Virus record (IMG/VR): IMGVR_UViG_3300008108_000036
Reading direction: 5' to 3' (one strand)
From: a virus
Length of the DNA stretch: 64,000 bases
In this document: positions 28,455-39,334 of the stretch, one piece after another
How positions within the stretch are numbered: position 1 is the first letter of the stretch
How the letters are laid out: every line of letters begins with the position of its first letter
Program-made: the position numbers and the translations under genes
The notes under the pieces: model-generated
Databases searched by the model: none
What the model was told of the DNA's origin: nothing
What the model saw: the letters and a program-made list of their open reading frames with translations, nothing else

Positions 28455-30272
28455 ATGCGCTTTATAACCTTTAAGTCATTAGAAGGAAAAAACTTTTTAT
28501 CTTTTGGTGATGATTTAGCAAAAATTGCCTTGCACCAAGGAGTAAACACAATTGTTGGAACAAATTACGATAAAGAAGATTCAAAAAACGGAGCAGGCAA
28601 ATCCTCAATAACAGAGCTTTTATATTATTGTTTATATGGCGTTACGCTTAGAGAAATACCGAAAGACAACATACAAAACAGCGTTACAAACAAAAAAACA
28701 GAAACCTCTCTTACTTTTGATGTCGAATCAAACGGAATTGTAGACTCTTATGCTATAACCAGAAAGTTAAACCCAACAAAATGTCAAATATTCAAAAATG
28801 GAGAAGAAATTACCAGATCTACCCTTGCTAAAACTAATGAGTTAATTCAAAGCATAATTAGAACATCTTCTACTATATTTCAAAATTCGGTTATAATGGT
28901 AGCAAATTCAACTTTACCGTTTATGGCTATGTCTAAAGTTGATAAAAGAAAGTTTATCGAAAGCATTTTAGGACTGGAGGCATTTTCATCAATGGTCTTA
29001 AGAGCGAGAGATGAATATAATAGCACAAAAAAAGAATACGAAATTCAATATTCTCTACTGGAGCAGCTTCAAACAGAGCTAAACTTTAATAACAATCAAT
29101 TTTTAAACTACGAATCATTAAAAGAAGAAAGAATAAACGTTTTAAGAGAAAAGATAAAAAAAATAAAAGAAGAAATATCGACACTCGAAGGCCAGTTATC
29201 TGAGCCCTCTACCAAAGTAGATTGTTTGGAGGAACGATTAGTCGAATTAAACTCTCACATTGCAGAGGCGCAAGAAAAGCAATCGTCTCTTACAACAAAA
29301 CAAATTAAAGCTGAATCCGAATTAAAAAACATCTTAAAGCAAATTGAAAAAATTAATGCAAATAAAGATCAATGTCCAACATGTCTTCGAAATTACTCAG
29401 AAGAACACATTGCTCACGCGGAAGATACTTTGCTAAAGCTGACCACAAATCGCAACTTGTTTGAACAAGCTATTTCAAAATTAATAAAAGAATTAACTTC
29501 GATCAAACAAGGGTTAAAAACCTCACAGCAAAGCAAACTCGAAGCCGAACAACAAATAAAAATAAGAGACAGTATAAAAACGTCCAACGACATTATATCG
29601 GCCAAACTGGAACATCTCAAACGAAATCATGAAGATTTGAATGTTGAAATAGGAAAAATTAATGCAGAACAAAACGATCCGTTACAACAAAAAATAGCAG
29701 AGTTGACTACCAACATAACAATTAAAAACGAGTTAGTCGCAAAACTAAATAACGAGTTAAATGTACTGGAATCCGTAAAATTTGTTCTTTCTGAAGAAGG
29801 AATTAAGTCATTCATTGTAAAAAAAATATTAACAATTTTAAACTCGAGGTTAGCTTTTTATTTAAAAAAACTTGAAGCTAATTGTCTGTGCAAATTCAAC
29901 GAATTTTTTGAGGAAGAGATTATTGATGAAAAAGGAAAACAAAAATCATATTTTAATTTTTCTGGAGGAGAGAAAAAAAGAATAGACATAGCTTGTTTAT
30001 TTGCATTTGCTGACATCAGAAGACTTCAAGGTGATGTAAATTTTAGCACTATTTTTTATGATGAACTTTTTGACTCCTCTTTAGATGATAGAGGAGTAGC
30101 TTTAACAGTTAAAGTGCTGCAAGACCGATTTAATGAATACAAAGAATCTTGTTATATCATAACGCATAGAGGGGTTCACGGAACCTTTAAGTCAAATCAT
30201 ACTATTCATGTAATCAAGCGAAATGGTGTTTCGAGTATTTGTAATAACTCTTCTGATAGATATTTAAATTAA
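28455..30272 (+). CDS. gp46: recombination ATPase gp46 (Rad50/SbcC-like)
   Basis: KNFLSFG, NGAGKS, coiled coil with CPTC hook, FSGGEK, FYDE, ITH. Confidence 0.93.
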   Translation: MRFITFKSLEGKNFLSFGDDLAKIALHQGVNTIVGTNYDKEDSKNGAGKSSITELLYYCLYGVTLREIPKDNIQNSVTNKKTETSLTFDVESNGIVDSYAITRKLNPTKCQIFKNGEEITRSTLAKTNELIQSIIRTSSTIFQNSVIMVANSTLPFMAMSKVDKRKFIESILGLEAFSSMVLRARDEYNSTKKEYEIQYSLLEQLQTELNFNNNQFLNYESLKEERINVLREKIKKIKEEISTLEGQLSEPSTKVDCLEERLVELNSHIAEAQEKQSSLTTKQIKAESELKNILKQIEKINANKDQCPTCLRNYSEEHIAHAEDTLLKLTTNRNLFEQAISKLIKELTSIKQGLKTSQQSKLEAEQQIKIRDSIKTSNDIISAKLEHLKRNHEDLNVEIGKINAEQNDPLQQKIAELTTNITIKNELVAKLNNELNVLESVKFVLSEEGIKSFIVKKILTILNSRLAFYLKKLEANCLCKFNEFFEEEIIDEKGKQKSYFNFSGGEKKRIDIACLFAFADIRRLQGDVNFSTIFYDELFDSSLDDRGVALTVKVLQDRFNEYKESCYIITHRGVHGTFKSNHTIHVIKRNGVSSICNNSSDRYLN

Positions 30273-30289
30273 ACTCCCTAAATACACAC

Positions 30290-31504
30290 ATGACTTCTGT
30301 AGTTCATTATGGCATTAAACAAGTTTTAGGAGCTCCTATTGGGATTCCGTTAGGAACTCCATTGGCTGGACACTCTTATGTGGTAAACACACCATTGCCT
30401 CCTACTCCTGGCAGTGGACTTAGAAGAGCTATGAACTATCTTGCAGATCATGGAGGTTGCGGTTATTATAGATGTATCGCTCCAAATTTGCTTCTTAATT
30501 TAAATCAAAAAGCTGTAATTACAGAGTCTACTGCTATGGTTTTAGACCCAAATTTTTACCAAACGGTAGAAGCAGTAAAATTTCAAAGACAAGCAACTCC
30601 ACATCAAAACAAATTTGTAAAATTCCTACATCAACTAAAGTCTAAACAAAAAATTAAACTTATATACGAAGTGGATGATGTAGTCTTTGCAGAAGATATT
30701 CCTTTATACAACAAAAATAGAGAAGCATTTACAGACCCAACAATTCAAACCTCTATTAAAGAAATGCTGTCAATAATGGATGAGATCGTAGTTACTTCCG
30801 AATACTTTAGAGATTATATGATTGAAAAATCAGGTAATAAGAACGTAACTTCTATACCAAACTATTTAATGAAGTGGTGGTTTGACCGTTATTATAATTT
30901 GGGAGATTTAGGGAAAAGATTCGAGAAAAACAAAAAGAAGCCAATTATAGCAATATTTGCTTCTGGCACACACGTAGATGTGGCAAATAGAAACAACCAG
31001 CAAGATGATTTCAGTTTAGTAGTTCCGTTCATTATAAAAACAAAAACGGAATACGATTGGCATTTTTACGGCTCTTTTCCTCAAGCTCTTAAACCGTATA
31101 TAGACCGTAAAGAAATGAAGTATTTTCCGTGGGTTGATTTGACAAAGTTCCCAGAAACAATGGCCAATTCAAACGCTCAACTAACATTTGCTTGTTTGCA
31201 GGACAACAACTTCAATAGATGCAAATCTAATATTAAATTAATTGAATCAGGAGCGTTAGGAATTCCTTGCGTATGTCCAGACATGGTTACATACAAAGAT
31301 GCTTTTTTAAAGTATACTACAGGAACAGAATTTATAGATTGCATAAAAACCGCTTTGAAAAATCAAACAGTATATTTAGATTTTTGTAAAAAGTCACGAC
31401 AACATGCCGAACAATTTTGGTTAGATGATGATAAAAACTTGATGAAATTCTACGAAAGTTATTTTACAGATTTTAAATCTCCTCAACGTAAATTTATTAG
31501 TTGA
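30290..31504 (+). CDS. putative glycosyltransferase (GT-B-like)
   Basis: DHGGCGYYR, FQRQ, YEVDD, IPNY, NNFNRCKSNIKLIE. Confidence 0.7.
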   Translation: MTSVVHYGIKQVLGAPIGIPLGTPLAGHSYVVNTPLPPTPGSGLRRAMNYLADHGGCGYYRCIAPNLLLNLNQKAVITESTAMVLDPNFYQTVEAVKFQRQATPHQNKFVKFLHQLKSKQKIKLIYEVDDVVFAEDIPLYNKNREAFTDPTIQTSIKEMLSIMDEIVVTSEYFRDYMIEKSGNKNVTSIPNYLMKWWFDRYYNLGDLGKRFEKNKKKPIIAIFASGTHVDVANRNNQQDDFSLVVPFIIKTKTEYDWHFYGSFPQALKPYIDRKEMKYFPWVDLTKFPETMANSNAQLTFACLQDNNFNRCKSNIKLIESGALGIPCVCPDMVTYKDAFLKYTTGTEFIDCIKTALKNQTVYLDFCKKSRQHAEQFWLDDDKNLMKFYESYFTDFKSPQRKFIS

Positions 31505-31535
31505 TTGTCTATATATTTTTCTGTAATATTGTTGC

Positions 31536-34088
31536 ATGTATAGGTCTGCAACCTACAATCCATTTAACGAATCGGTCTTTTTAAGAACTTGGTCAGAAGA
31601 TGGTGTACGCATAGACACAGAAATTCCGTTTAGACCTTATTTTTATGTTGAACAAGAAGGAGCTAAAGACGCTACCTCGATTTTTAAAACTTCTCTTGTA
31701 AAAAAAATTTTTAAAAATAGTTTAGAGCGAAAAAAATACTTAGATAATACGTCTCTAACGAGAATTTTTCACAATTTAGGACCAGAGCAACAATTCTTAA
31801 TTGAAATGTACAAAGAGGTCAATAATGACCCAACTTTTTCTAAATTTCCACTTAAAGTTTTTTTGCTCGACATTGAAGTTGATACTACATACGACTCATC
31901 GTTTCCCACTCCTGAGAAAGCAGCTGTTCCAATAAATTTAATCACAGTATATGACACTCTAACGAAAACTACTCATACTTGGGGATTAGGAAACCACTAT
32001 AAACCTTCTTCTACTGATTGTATATACCACAGATGCGACACCGAGCAAAACTTGATTTTACAGTTCATGGATTTTTGGAAAGCTGATTATCCTGACATTG
32101 CCTCTGGTTGGAATAGTAGCGGTTTTGATTTTCCTTACATAATCAACCGTTTTGCTAAATTATTTGGAGAAGATTTTGTGAATCAACTATCTCCAGTCGG
32201 CTCAGTAAGAGGAAGAAAAGTATTTACAGACATGGGCAGAGAAATGACTGTTTGGTCGGTTAGTGGAATTTCTCTGATAGATTACATGGATTTATACAAA
32301 ACGTTTTCTCCAGGAGAAAGAGAATCATTTAGTCTAAATTATATTTCGGAATTAGAGTTAGGAGAAGGGAAAATTGCTCACAACGCTGTCAGCTTAGGAG
32401 AATTGGCTCACACTGATTGGAAACTTTTCGTTGATTATAATATTCAAGATGTACACCTTTTAGTTAAATTGGAAGAAAAACTAAAATTTCTAGAAATTGC
32501 AAGAATGTTGTCATATAAAGGTTGCACTAATTTTGAAGCAGCATTAGGAAAGGTAGCAATTGTTACTGGAGCGGTATCTATTCAGGCATCTAAACAGGGA
32601 TATATTATTCCTACTTTTCTTCACAAACAAGAACGAGAATCGTATGAGGGAGGCTTTGTAAGAGATCCAGAAAGAGGAATTCAAAAAGCAATAGTCAGTT
32701 TTGACGTAAATTCACTATATCCAAACACGATTATTACTTTAAACATTTCACCAGAAACAAAAATAGGTAAAATTGTAGATGGAGAGTTTGGTGTTACATC
32801 AGAACTTACTATTCGTTTGGTAAATAACAAATTACACAAATTAACTACAGAAAATTTTAAACAATTTTTATCAAAAGAAAAGGTTGCAGTATCCTCTGCT
32901 GGAGTTTTGTACTCTCAAAAAGATAAAGGCGTAATTCCGAATTTGATTGATCAAATATATAAAGAACGAGTTGACACAAAAACAGAATTATCCAAGCTCA
33001 AAAAAACAGGCAAAAAAGACAAGTCAAGTATGTTAAAATTAACATACTATGACACTCTTCAATATACTTTAAAGATTTTGTTGAACTCAATTTACGGAAC
33101 GTTTGCTAATAAGCATTCTGCTTTAATGGATATTGATAATGCAACATCCATCACAGCCACTGGACAAAACGTTGCTAGAGCAGGAAGTAGTATATTAGAT
33201 AATTTTGTAAAACAAAAATACGGAATAACTGACTCGATTACAAAATATGGAGATACCGACTCAGTATATATATCATTAGATTCTGTCCTTAAAAAATGCC
33301 AATTGGAATTAATAAAAGAAGATAAAATTAATGATGAAGTACACAACATTGTCAATGAGCTTGATCAACACGTAAATCAAGAAATATTAAATTGGGCAAG
33401 GAGAGAATTATTTTCTATTGATCCTCGATATGTGTTTAAAAGAGAAGTTATATCAGATGTTGGCATCTTTTTACAAAAAAAGAGATACATTCTTCACGTA
33501 TTAGACGAAGAAGGAGTACCGGTAGATAAATTTAAATATACAGGGATAGAATTAGTAAGATCCACAACACCTAAAAAGGTTAAGAAATTTTTAGAAAGCA
33601 TTATAAAAACTGCGTTATTGACACAAAATTTAAAAAAAACAAACGAAGTGTTCAGACAAAGTTATGAGGAATTTTGTAAGCTAGACCCCAATGATGTAGC
33701 AGCAAGAACTTCAATTAATAATCTTGAAAAATATACTCAAGAATCATCTTTGTATAAATACAAAAAAGGAACTCCTTCTCACGTTAAAGGAGCAATTGCC
33801 TATAACATTTTAATAAAAGAGCTTAAACTTGACGATAAATTCGAAGCTATTCAATCTTCACAAAAAGTAAAAAAGTTATATTGTGCAAAAAATAAATACG
33901 GCTTAGATGCCATTTCTTATGTTACTACCTTGCCTAAGGAGTTTAATATTAAAGTTGATTGGGATAAAATGTTTTCAAAGTTGGTTACACAACCAACAGA
34001 AAGATTATATGATGCTATCGGATGGCATTTGCCAGCCATAGGAAAAGATACTCAAACTGATTTATTCGATTTGCTTGGAGATAATTAA
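31536..34088 (+). CDS. gp43: family B DNA polymerase gp43
   Basis: DIEVD, GWNSSGFD, YNIQD (exonuclease); SFDVNSLYP, KILLNSIYG, YGDTDS, KKRY. Confidence 0.97.
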   Translation: MYRSATYNPFNESVFLRTWSEDGVRIDTEIPFRPYFYVEQEGAKDATSIFKTSLVKKIFKNSLERKKYLDNTSLTRIFHNLGPEQQFLIEMYKEVNNDPTFSKFPLKVFLLDIEVDTTYDSSFPTPEKAAVPINLITVYDTLTKTTHTWGLGNHYKPSSTDCIYHRCDTEQNLILQFMDFWKADYPDIASGWNSSGFDFPYIINRFAKLFGEDFVNQLSPVGSVRGRKVFTDMGREMTVWSVSGISLIDYMDLYKTFSPGERESFSLNYISELELGEGKIAHNAVSLGELAHTDWKLFVDYNIQDVHLLVKLEEKLKFLEIARMLSYKGCTNFEAALGKVAIVTGAVSIQASKQGYIIPTFLHKQERESYEGGFVRDPERGIQKAIVSFDVNSLYPNTIITLNISPETKIGKIVDGEFGVTSELTIRLVNNKLHKLTTENFKQFLSKEKVAVSSAGVLYSQKDKGVIPNLIDQIYKERVDTKTELSKLKKTGKKDKSSMLKLTYYDTLQYTLKILLNSIYGTFANKHSALMDIDNATSITATGQNVARAGSSILDNFVKQKYGITDSITKYGDTDSVYISLDSVLKKCQLELIKEDKINDEVHNIVNELDQHVNQEILNWARRELFSIDPRYVFKREVISDVGIFLQKKRYILHVLDEEGVPVDKFKYTGIELVRSTTPKKVKKFLESIIKTALLTQNLKKTNEVFRQSYEEFCKLDPNDVAARTSINNLEKYTQESSLYKYKKGTPSHVKGAIAYNILIKELKLDDKFEAIQSSQKVKKLYCAKNKYGLDAISYVTTLPKEFNIKVDWDKMFSKLVTQPTERLYDAIGWHLPAIGKDTQTDLFDLLGDN

Positions 34089-34094
34089 TCCTAG

Positions 34095-34361
34095 ATGAAG
34101 CAATACGAACAGATTGCATCTTACATTAGTTATCGCGACCTGTATTTGACTTTAAAATCAATTATACAAGAAGATGTTTATTTAGACGATTGTTTGTATC
34201 ATGAAAAATCCGAAGAAATAGTTTACATGTTGGAATCTTATGATTTAGTATGGATTGCATCAGATGGTAGATTGTTAATTACATCAAAAGGGGAAAAAGT
34301 ATTTAGTTATCTAACCACTTCAGTTGCTTTTTCAAAAAATAGTGATAAGCTTATCTTTTGA
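34095..34361 (+). CDS. hypothetical protein (possible winged helix)
   Basis: 88 aa; ITSKGE motif. Confidence 0.45.
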   Translation: MKQYEQIASYISYRDLYLTLKSIIQEDVYLDDCLYHEKSEEIVYMLESYDLVWIASDGRLLITSKGEKVFSYLTTSVAFSKNSDKLIF

Positions 34362-34717
34362 ATATGAACAATACACAAAACCCAACAATTTTTTTAGATA
34401 ACATTGGAAGAACAATTCTAGGAGTTACTCGCAACGAAACTACAGATGAGCTTTCTGTGGAAAATCCAGCCTTAATTTTGATTCAAGCCAACCCTCAAAC
34501 CAATCAGTTACAACTACAAATTATTCCGTTATTCTTTAAAGAATTCCAAGAAGAAAAACACAAACCTACTGTTTGGAATTTCAAAAAAGCCTCAATCACA
34601 ACAACTACAGGTCTGGCATTATCGCCACAATTAATTGGACAATACAATCAACTATTTTCTATTCCAGAGGCTCAACCAACCGAATCTCCAACTGTTGTTA
34701 AATTGTTTGATGAATAA
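34358..34717 (+). CDS. hypothetical small beta-rich protein
   Basis: Own promoter TTGCTT-N16-TAAGCT; followed by a terminator. Confidence 0.6.
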   Translation: MNMNNTQNPTIFLDNIGRTILGVTRNETTDELSVENPALILIQANPQTNQLQLQIIPLFFKEFQEEKHKPTVWNFKKASITTTTGLALSPQLIGQYNQLFSIPEAQPTESPTVVKLFDE

Positions 34718-34743
34718 CTGATCTTCAAATCAATTTTTTTTAC

Positions 34744-34773
34744 AAAGGGGAGAATAATTTCTCCCCTTTTTTT
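34744..34773 (+). terminator. Rho-independent terminator
   Basis: AAAGGGGAGA-loop-TCTCCCCTTT followed by a T-run. Confidence 0.85.
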
Positions 34774-34815
34774 GTTTGTTGATAATTCATTTACATAGTA
34801 GATCATATTTTCAAT

Positions 34816-35934
34816 ATGAATAATCTAAAACACATATTTGGAGATGTAGATAAAATGAACCCCGACGGAGGAACTATTGATGAAAACTGTATTTCGACTC
34901 CTTCTGATTGGATTGACACTGGTTCAAAAGCTTTAAATGCAATTATATCCGGATCCTTATATAAAGGAGTTCCGGTTGGGCGCATTACGGGATTTTCAGG
35001 ACCCTCAGGAGCAGGCAAGACTTTAATTATTAATAAAATTTTAGCTAATGCTCAGAAAAAGGGATATATTGCAGTTATTTGGGATTCCGAAGTGGCTGTA
35101 GACAAAGATAGCGCTCGAAATGTAGGGTTAGACCTTAAGAAAACTAAATATTATCCTGTAGAAACAATTGAAGATTGCAGAAATCAAATTAGCACATTTT
35201 TGGACGCGGTTATAGCTGCAAATGACCCTTCTCTTAAATTTATTATTTCAATTGATTCTCTTGGCAATCTAGCATCTTCTAAAGAAATCGAAGATGCCCG
35301 AAAAGGCAAAGATGCAGCGGATGTTGGCCAAAGAGCAAAGGCCACAAAAAGCATGATGAGAGCCATTACGTATAAAGCAGCAAAGGCTGGTGTTCCAATT
35401 CTATTTTCAAACCACATCTACGAAGGAATGGAAATGTTTCCGAGTTTAATTAAAAACCAAGCTGGTGGAAAAGGACCAATATATCTTGCCTCAATTCTTG
35501 TGCAGCTTTCGACAAGACAAGAAAAGACTTCAGAAAATCCTAATGAAAGTTCGATAGCGATTGCCAATAACGTTTCTGGTGTTACTATGAGTGCAATGAC
35601 CGTTAAAAACAGAGTCGTTCCTCCATTTTTGAAGACGGAATTGTACCTAAATTTTAAAACTGGATTAGACGAAAACACTGGAGTGTTTGATCTGGCTGTT
35701 GCATTAGGTGTGTTAGAGCAAACAGGCAGTACATACCAATTCAATGGCGAAAAATTAGGTTATAGAAAAAATATCGAAAAAGATAAATCATTTTGGGAAA
35801 AAATATTTCCTTCACTTGAAACCAAGCTGAATGAAGAGCTTAGATATGGAACAGTTGATGCTCCAATTAGTGAATCAGAAGACGATGATGACTCCAACGA
35901 TGAAGAAGTAAAGAAAAAGACCGTTAAGCAGTAA
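34816..35934 (+). CDS. uvsX: RecA-like recombinase UvsX
   Basis: DTGSKALNAIISG, GPSGAGKT, DSE, IDSLGNL, GGKG, KNR. Confidence 0.93.
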   Translation: MNNLKHIFGDVDKMNPDGGTIDENCISTPSDWIDTGSKALNAIISGSLYKGVPVGRITGFSGPSGAGKTLIINKILANAQKKGYIAVIWDSEVAVDKDSARNVGLDLKKTKYYPVETIEDCRNQISTFLDAVIAANDPSLKFIISIDSLGNLASSKEIEDARKGKDAADVGQRAKATKSMMRAITYKAAKAGVPILFSNHIYEGMEMFPSLIKNQAGGKGPIYLASILVQLSTRQEKTSENPNESSIAIANNVSGVTMSAMTVKNRVVPPFLKTELYLNFKTGLDENTGVFDLAVALGVLEQTGSTYQFNGEKLGYRKNIEKDKSFWEKIFPSLETKLNEELRYGTVDAPISESEDDDDSNDEEVKKKTVKQ

Positions 35935-35935
35935 T

Positions 35936-36727
35936 ATGATATATAAAGCAAAAGTAATAAATGGATTTGCGTCATCTCTTCCAGCGATAGTAGGCAAAAC
36001 TTTTAATTTTACTGACAATGTAAATGTGTTGTTCGGCAGCAACGGTTGCGGCAAGTCCACTCTTCTTAAATGCATTAAATCTTATTGTGCAATAGAGCAC
36101 GGAGGTTGGAGCAGGATTGGGAACTTTTTAACGCTTGGTGCAAGCACCTCTAGTCAATTTCCGTTTGTGTATAGAGCTTATACTCCCTCTAAAGAATGTG
36201 ATACGTTAGTTCATTGGGATGGAACAGCTACTTTGTTTTACGACAGAGAAATAAACAGCGACGATATTACATGGTTCTATAATAACGACATTCTTAAAAG
36301 AGAAGGATTTACAACAGAATCAGAGCAACTACAACGAATGGCTGACAAGCCTTCTTCTGGCCAAACTAGAATGGAAGTTCTGAATAAAATCTTTGAATCT
36401 GCTCATTATCCTCCAGACTTTACTGCTTCTACTCCTAACAAGAACAATAGTTATGAGCAAATGGAAGTGTCTTACATTAATAGCTTACCAAGAAATGGTA
36501 GAGTTACGATTATGTTAGACGAACCTGAAAAGTCACTTTCTATACCAAAACAAATTGAGTTATTTGAAGCTCTTCGACAACAATCAAGACGAGGCATTCA
36601 GTTTATTATTGCTACTCACTCTCCTTTTATTTTGTTTGAAAATGATTTTAATATTATCGACATGGAACAAGGGTATGTAGATATTTGTAAAAATGCCATT
36701 AAAATGTTGCAGTCAAAAACTATTTGA
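35936..36727 (+). CDS. soluble ABC-type ATPase (AAA_21-like)
   Basis: GSNGCGKST, SSGQ signature, IMLDEPE, IIATHS. Confidence 0.8.
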   Translation: MIYKAKVINGFASSLPAIVGKTFNFTDNVNVLFGSNGCGKSTLLKCIKSYCAIEHGGWSRIGNFLTLGASTSSQFPFVYRAYTPSKECDTLVHWDGTATLFYDREINSDDITWFYNNDILKREGFTTESEQLQRMADKPSSGQTRMEVLNKIFESAHYPPDFTASTPNKNNSYEQMEVSYINSLPRNGRVTIMLDEPEKSLSIPKQIELFEALRQQSRRGIQFIIATHSPFILFENDFNIIDMEQGYVDICKNAIKMLQSKTI

Positions 36728-38097
36728 TGCAAATGACAAACAAGCCAGCAGCCTCATCCAAAATAGACTTGGATTTTTTTGAAACTATACTATTGTATAA
36801 TGCATTAACTGATCAAGAATATCTTAGTTCTATTATTGGTTATATAGATCAATCACACTTTAACGATAAAAATATCGGACGAGTAGTTAAGCAAATTAGT
36901 GGATTCTTTTCAGAAAGAGGGACCGTTCCGAGCGTTTCTGAAATTAAAGCTCGACTAGTGGTAGAAGAAGATAAAAAAGCATTAGCCGAAATTAAAGCCC
37001 GATTAGCATCATTGGAGGGTCCTTTTAACAAGGAAGAATTAATTCAAAACACGGAACGTTTTTTTAAAGAACGTCATGTATACAAAACAATAGTTAATAT
37101 AGCTGAAAAAATTTCAGATCAAAATTTAAACATAGAAGAAGTTCTGGTAGAATTTGAGGCAGCATATAATATCTCCTTAAAAGAAAATTTAGGACATTGG
37201 TATTTTGAAGATATTGACAAGCATATTAAAGAACTGATAGCTATATATAATCCAATTCCGACTGGTTGGAAGTTTTTCGATGAAAGAACTGAAGGAGGGT
37301 TATTTCCTAAAACTCTAACGGTTTTTGCTGGACAGGTAAATGTAGGCAAATCTATTGTATTAGGGAATATTGCTACTAATATGCTTTTAGCAGACAAAAA
37401 TGTGCTACTCATTTCACTAGAAATGTCTGAATTCATGTATGCTAAAAGAATTAGCACACAACTCACTCAAATTCCGCATAATGATCTTAAAACTTTTACA
37501 GAAGAGCTTAAAGAGCAAATTAAGCACATTCAAAAAAGCATAAGTGGAAATTTGGTCATAAAAGAATACCCACCAAAGACCGTTACTGTAAGGCAAATAG
37601 ATAGCTATATAACAAAACTACATCACAAAGGATTTAAACCGGACATTGTTGTTGTAGATTATATTAATTTAATTCAACCTATTTCGAAGAATTTAAATTC
37701 TTATGAATCCGTTAAGGAAATAGCAGAACAACTAAGAGCACTAGCATTCAAATATAAAATTCCAGTAGTATCAGCAACACAATTAAACAGAGGAGCATTT
37801 AATACAGCATCTCCGGGAATGGAGGGAATTTCTGAAAGCATTGGATTAGCAGCAACCTGTGATGTGATCTGTTCATTGTGGCAAGAAGATGAAGATAGAG
37901 AGCTTGGAATTATAAACATGGGAATGCAAAAAAACAGATTTGGCCCAAACTTTGGCTCAGCAGCTTTTAAGTGCAATTATAATACCCTTACTTTAAAAGA
38001 AACTAACGCCGACTATTTTGCATCAGATGGCGACTCAACTGAAGACACAATAAAAAACGCAGACGAAGTGTTAAATAGCTTGTCTGAAGATGAGTGA
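36727..38097 (+). CDS. gp41: replicative DnaB-like helicase gp41
   Basis: IPTGW, GQVNVGKS, SLEMSE, IKEYP, VDYINL, SATQLNR, ISESIG, KNRFG. Confidence 0.93.
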   Translation: MQMTNKPAASSKIDLDFFETILLYNALTDQEYLSSIIGYIDQSHFNDKNIGRVVKQISGFFSERGTVPSVSEIKARLVVEEDKKALAEIKARLASLEGPFNKEELIQNTERFFKERHVYKTIVNIAEKISDQNLNIEEVLVEFEAAYNISLKENLGHWYFEDIDKHIKELIAIYNPIPTGWKFFDERTEGGLFPKTLTVFAGQVNVGKSIVLGNIATNMLLADKNVLLISLEMSEFMYAKRISTQLTQIPHNDLKTFTEELKEQIKHIQKSISGNLVIKEYPPKTVTVRQIDSYITKLHHKGFKPDIVVVDYINLIQPISKNLNSYESVKEIAEQLRALAFKYKIPVVSATQLNRGAFNTASPGMEGISESIGLAATCDVICSLWQEDEDRELGIINMGMQKNRFGPNFGSAAFKCNYNTLTLKETNADYFASDGDSTEDTIKNADEVLNSLSEDE

Positions 38098-38977
38098 TCC
38101 AAAAAAAATACAAGTCGTCACACATAATGACTTAGACGGAGTTTGCTCCTATCTTGCTTTGTGCTGGCTTTATGACTTTAAATTAAACGTACTAAGCACT
38201 ACTCCTAAAAAATTGCAAACTGATTGCGAAAAACTTTACGAAAACGCAAGCTGTTGGGAAAAAATTTATTTTTTGGATTTAGATGTAACTAAAATTGGAG
38301 ATTTAATCGACAACCCAAATACAGTAGTAATAGATCACCATAAGACAAACATCTATCAATTTAAAAATGCAACAACGTGCATAACCAACGAGTCGAGCTG
38401 CTCTAAATTAATTTATAATAATTTAATAAAAAAAAGCAATAAACAAATAACTTCTGCTCAAAAAACGCTTATCGGTTTAGCAGATGATTGGGACTCAAAT
38501 AAAAGATTAACTTCTTTATCTTCCGAACTAAACATTGTATATCATTCAATGTCAAACAAGTTTACTTCTTTTGTTGAAGATTATTATAAAGGTTTTGCTC
38601 CATTTGATAAGTTTAAAATCAATACTATAAGCTTGTATAAAAAGCATTGCTCGGAATACATCAATCAATTAACTCCTTTCTTTGGTTATATTGATTTTGA
38701 AGAAAATAAAAATGTAAAAGTAGGAGCAGTGTTTTGTGATAAGTTTGTACAAGAGTGTTGTGACTTTTTATTAAAAGAACATCAAGCGGAAATTGCTATA
38801 GCTGTTATGGTCGATCAAAAAAGAATTGCCGTTAGAAGAAACGATGAGAAATCCAAAATAGACGTGTCCAAATTCGTTCAGCGGATTGCATCTGGAGGTG
38901 GACATGAATCAGCAGCAGGTGGAAATTTAACAGAAGAGTTTATTGAATTTACTAAGTTGTTGAAAGAAACGCACTAA
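38090..38977 (+). CDS. DHH/DHHA1 phosphoesterase
   Basis: THNDLDG, FLDL, IDHH, GGGHESAAGG. Confidence 0.88.
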   Translation: MSDPKKIQVVTHNDLDGVCSYLALCWLYDFKLNVLSTTPKKLQTDCEKLYENASCWEKIYFLDLDVTKIGDLIDNPNTVVIDHHKTNIYQFKNATTCITNESSCSKLIYNNLIKKSNKQITSAQKTLIGLADDWDSNKRLTSLSSELNIVYHSMSNKFTSFVEDYYKGFAPFDKFKINTISLYKKHCSEYINQLTPFFGYIDFEENKNVKVGAVFCDKFVQECCDFLLKEHQAEIAIAVMVDQKRIAVRRNDEKSKIDVSKFVQRIASGGGHESAAGGNLTEEFIEFTKLLKETH

Positions 38978-38992
38978 AGCATAATTAACTGA

Positions 38993-39334
38993 ATGGTTTC
39001 TTCAATTTTGACTGACGGCAAGATGTCTACAGCATCTCCTACAGAGTTATTAAATGCAAAAGAATTCGTATTAGGTTTGCACAAAGCCGGTTCTTTATTT
39101 TCTATGTTGGAAAATAAAAAAATAAATTCCACATTTCTTTTTGTGCTTTTATTAGAAAATAAAGATTATCAATTATTTTTTACGGAAATTACAGCTTCAG
39201 CTAATTTTAAAGATGCATTGCTTTCTTTGTTGCTTTTATATCCAACTTTAGTAAAATCAAAGTTTACTAAATCTGCATTAAAACAACTCAATGTCAAATC
39301 AACTAACGGATCTCGAAAAGCACTTATACAATAA
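38993..39334 (+). CDS. hypothetical protein
   Basis: 113 aa; ATAATTA upstream. Confidence 0.5.
   Translation: MVSSILTDGKMSTASPTELLNAKEFVLGLHKAGSLFSMLENKKINSTFLFVLLLENKDYQLFFTEITASANFKDALLSLLLLYPTLVKSKFTKSALKQLNVKSTNGSRKALIQ

Noticed and set aside
31536-34088. Inteins or introns in polymerase, helicase, terminase or UvsX
   Set aside because: Lengths are normal and motifs contiguous; no intein C/S...HN boundaries or intron-type breaks seen
38993-39334. gp33 late co-activator by position
   Set aside because: No recognisable sequence similarity; synteny alone is insufficient
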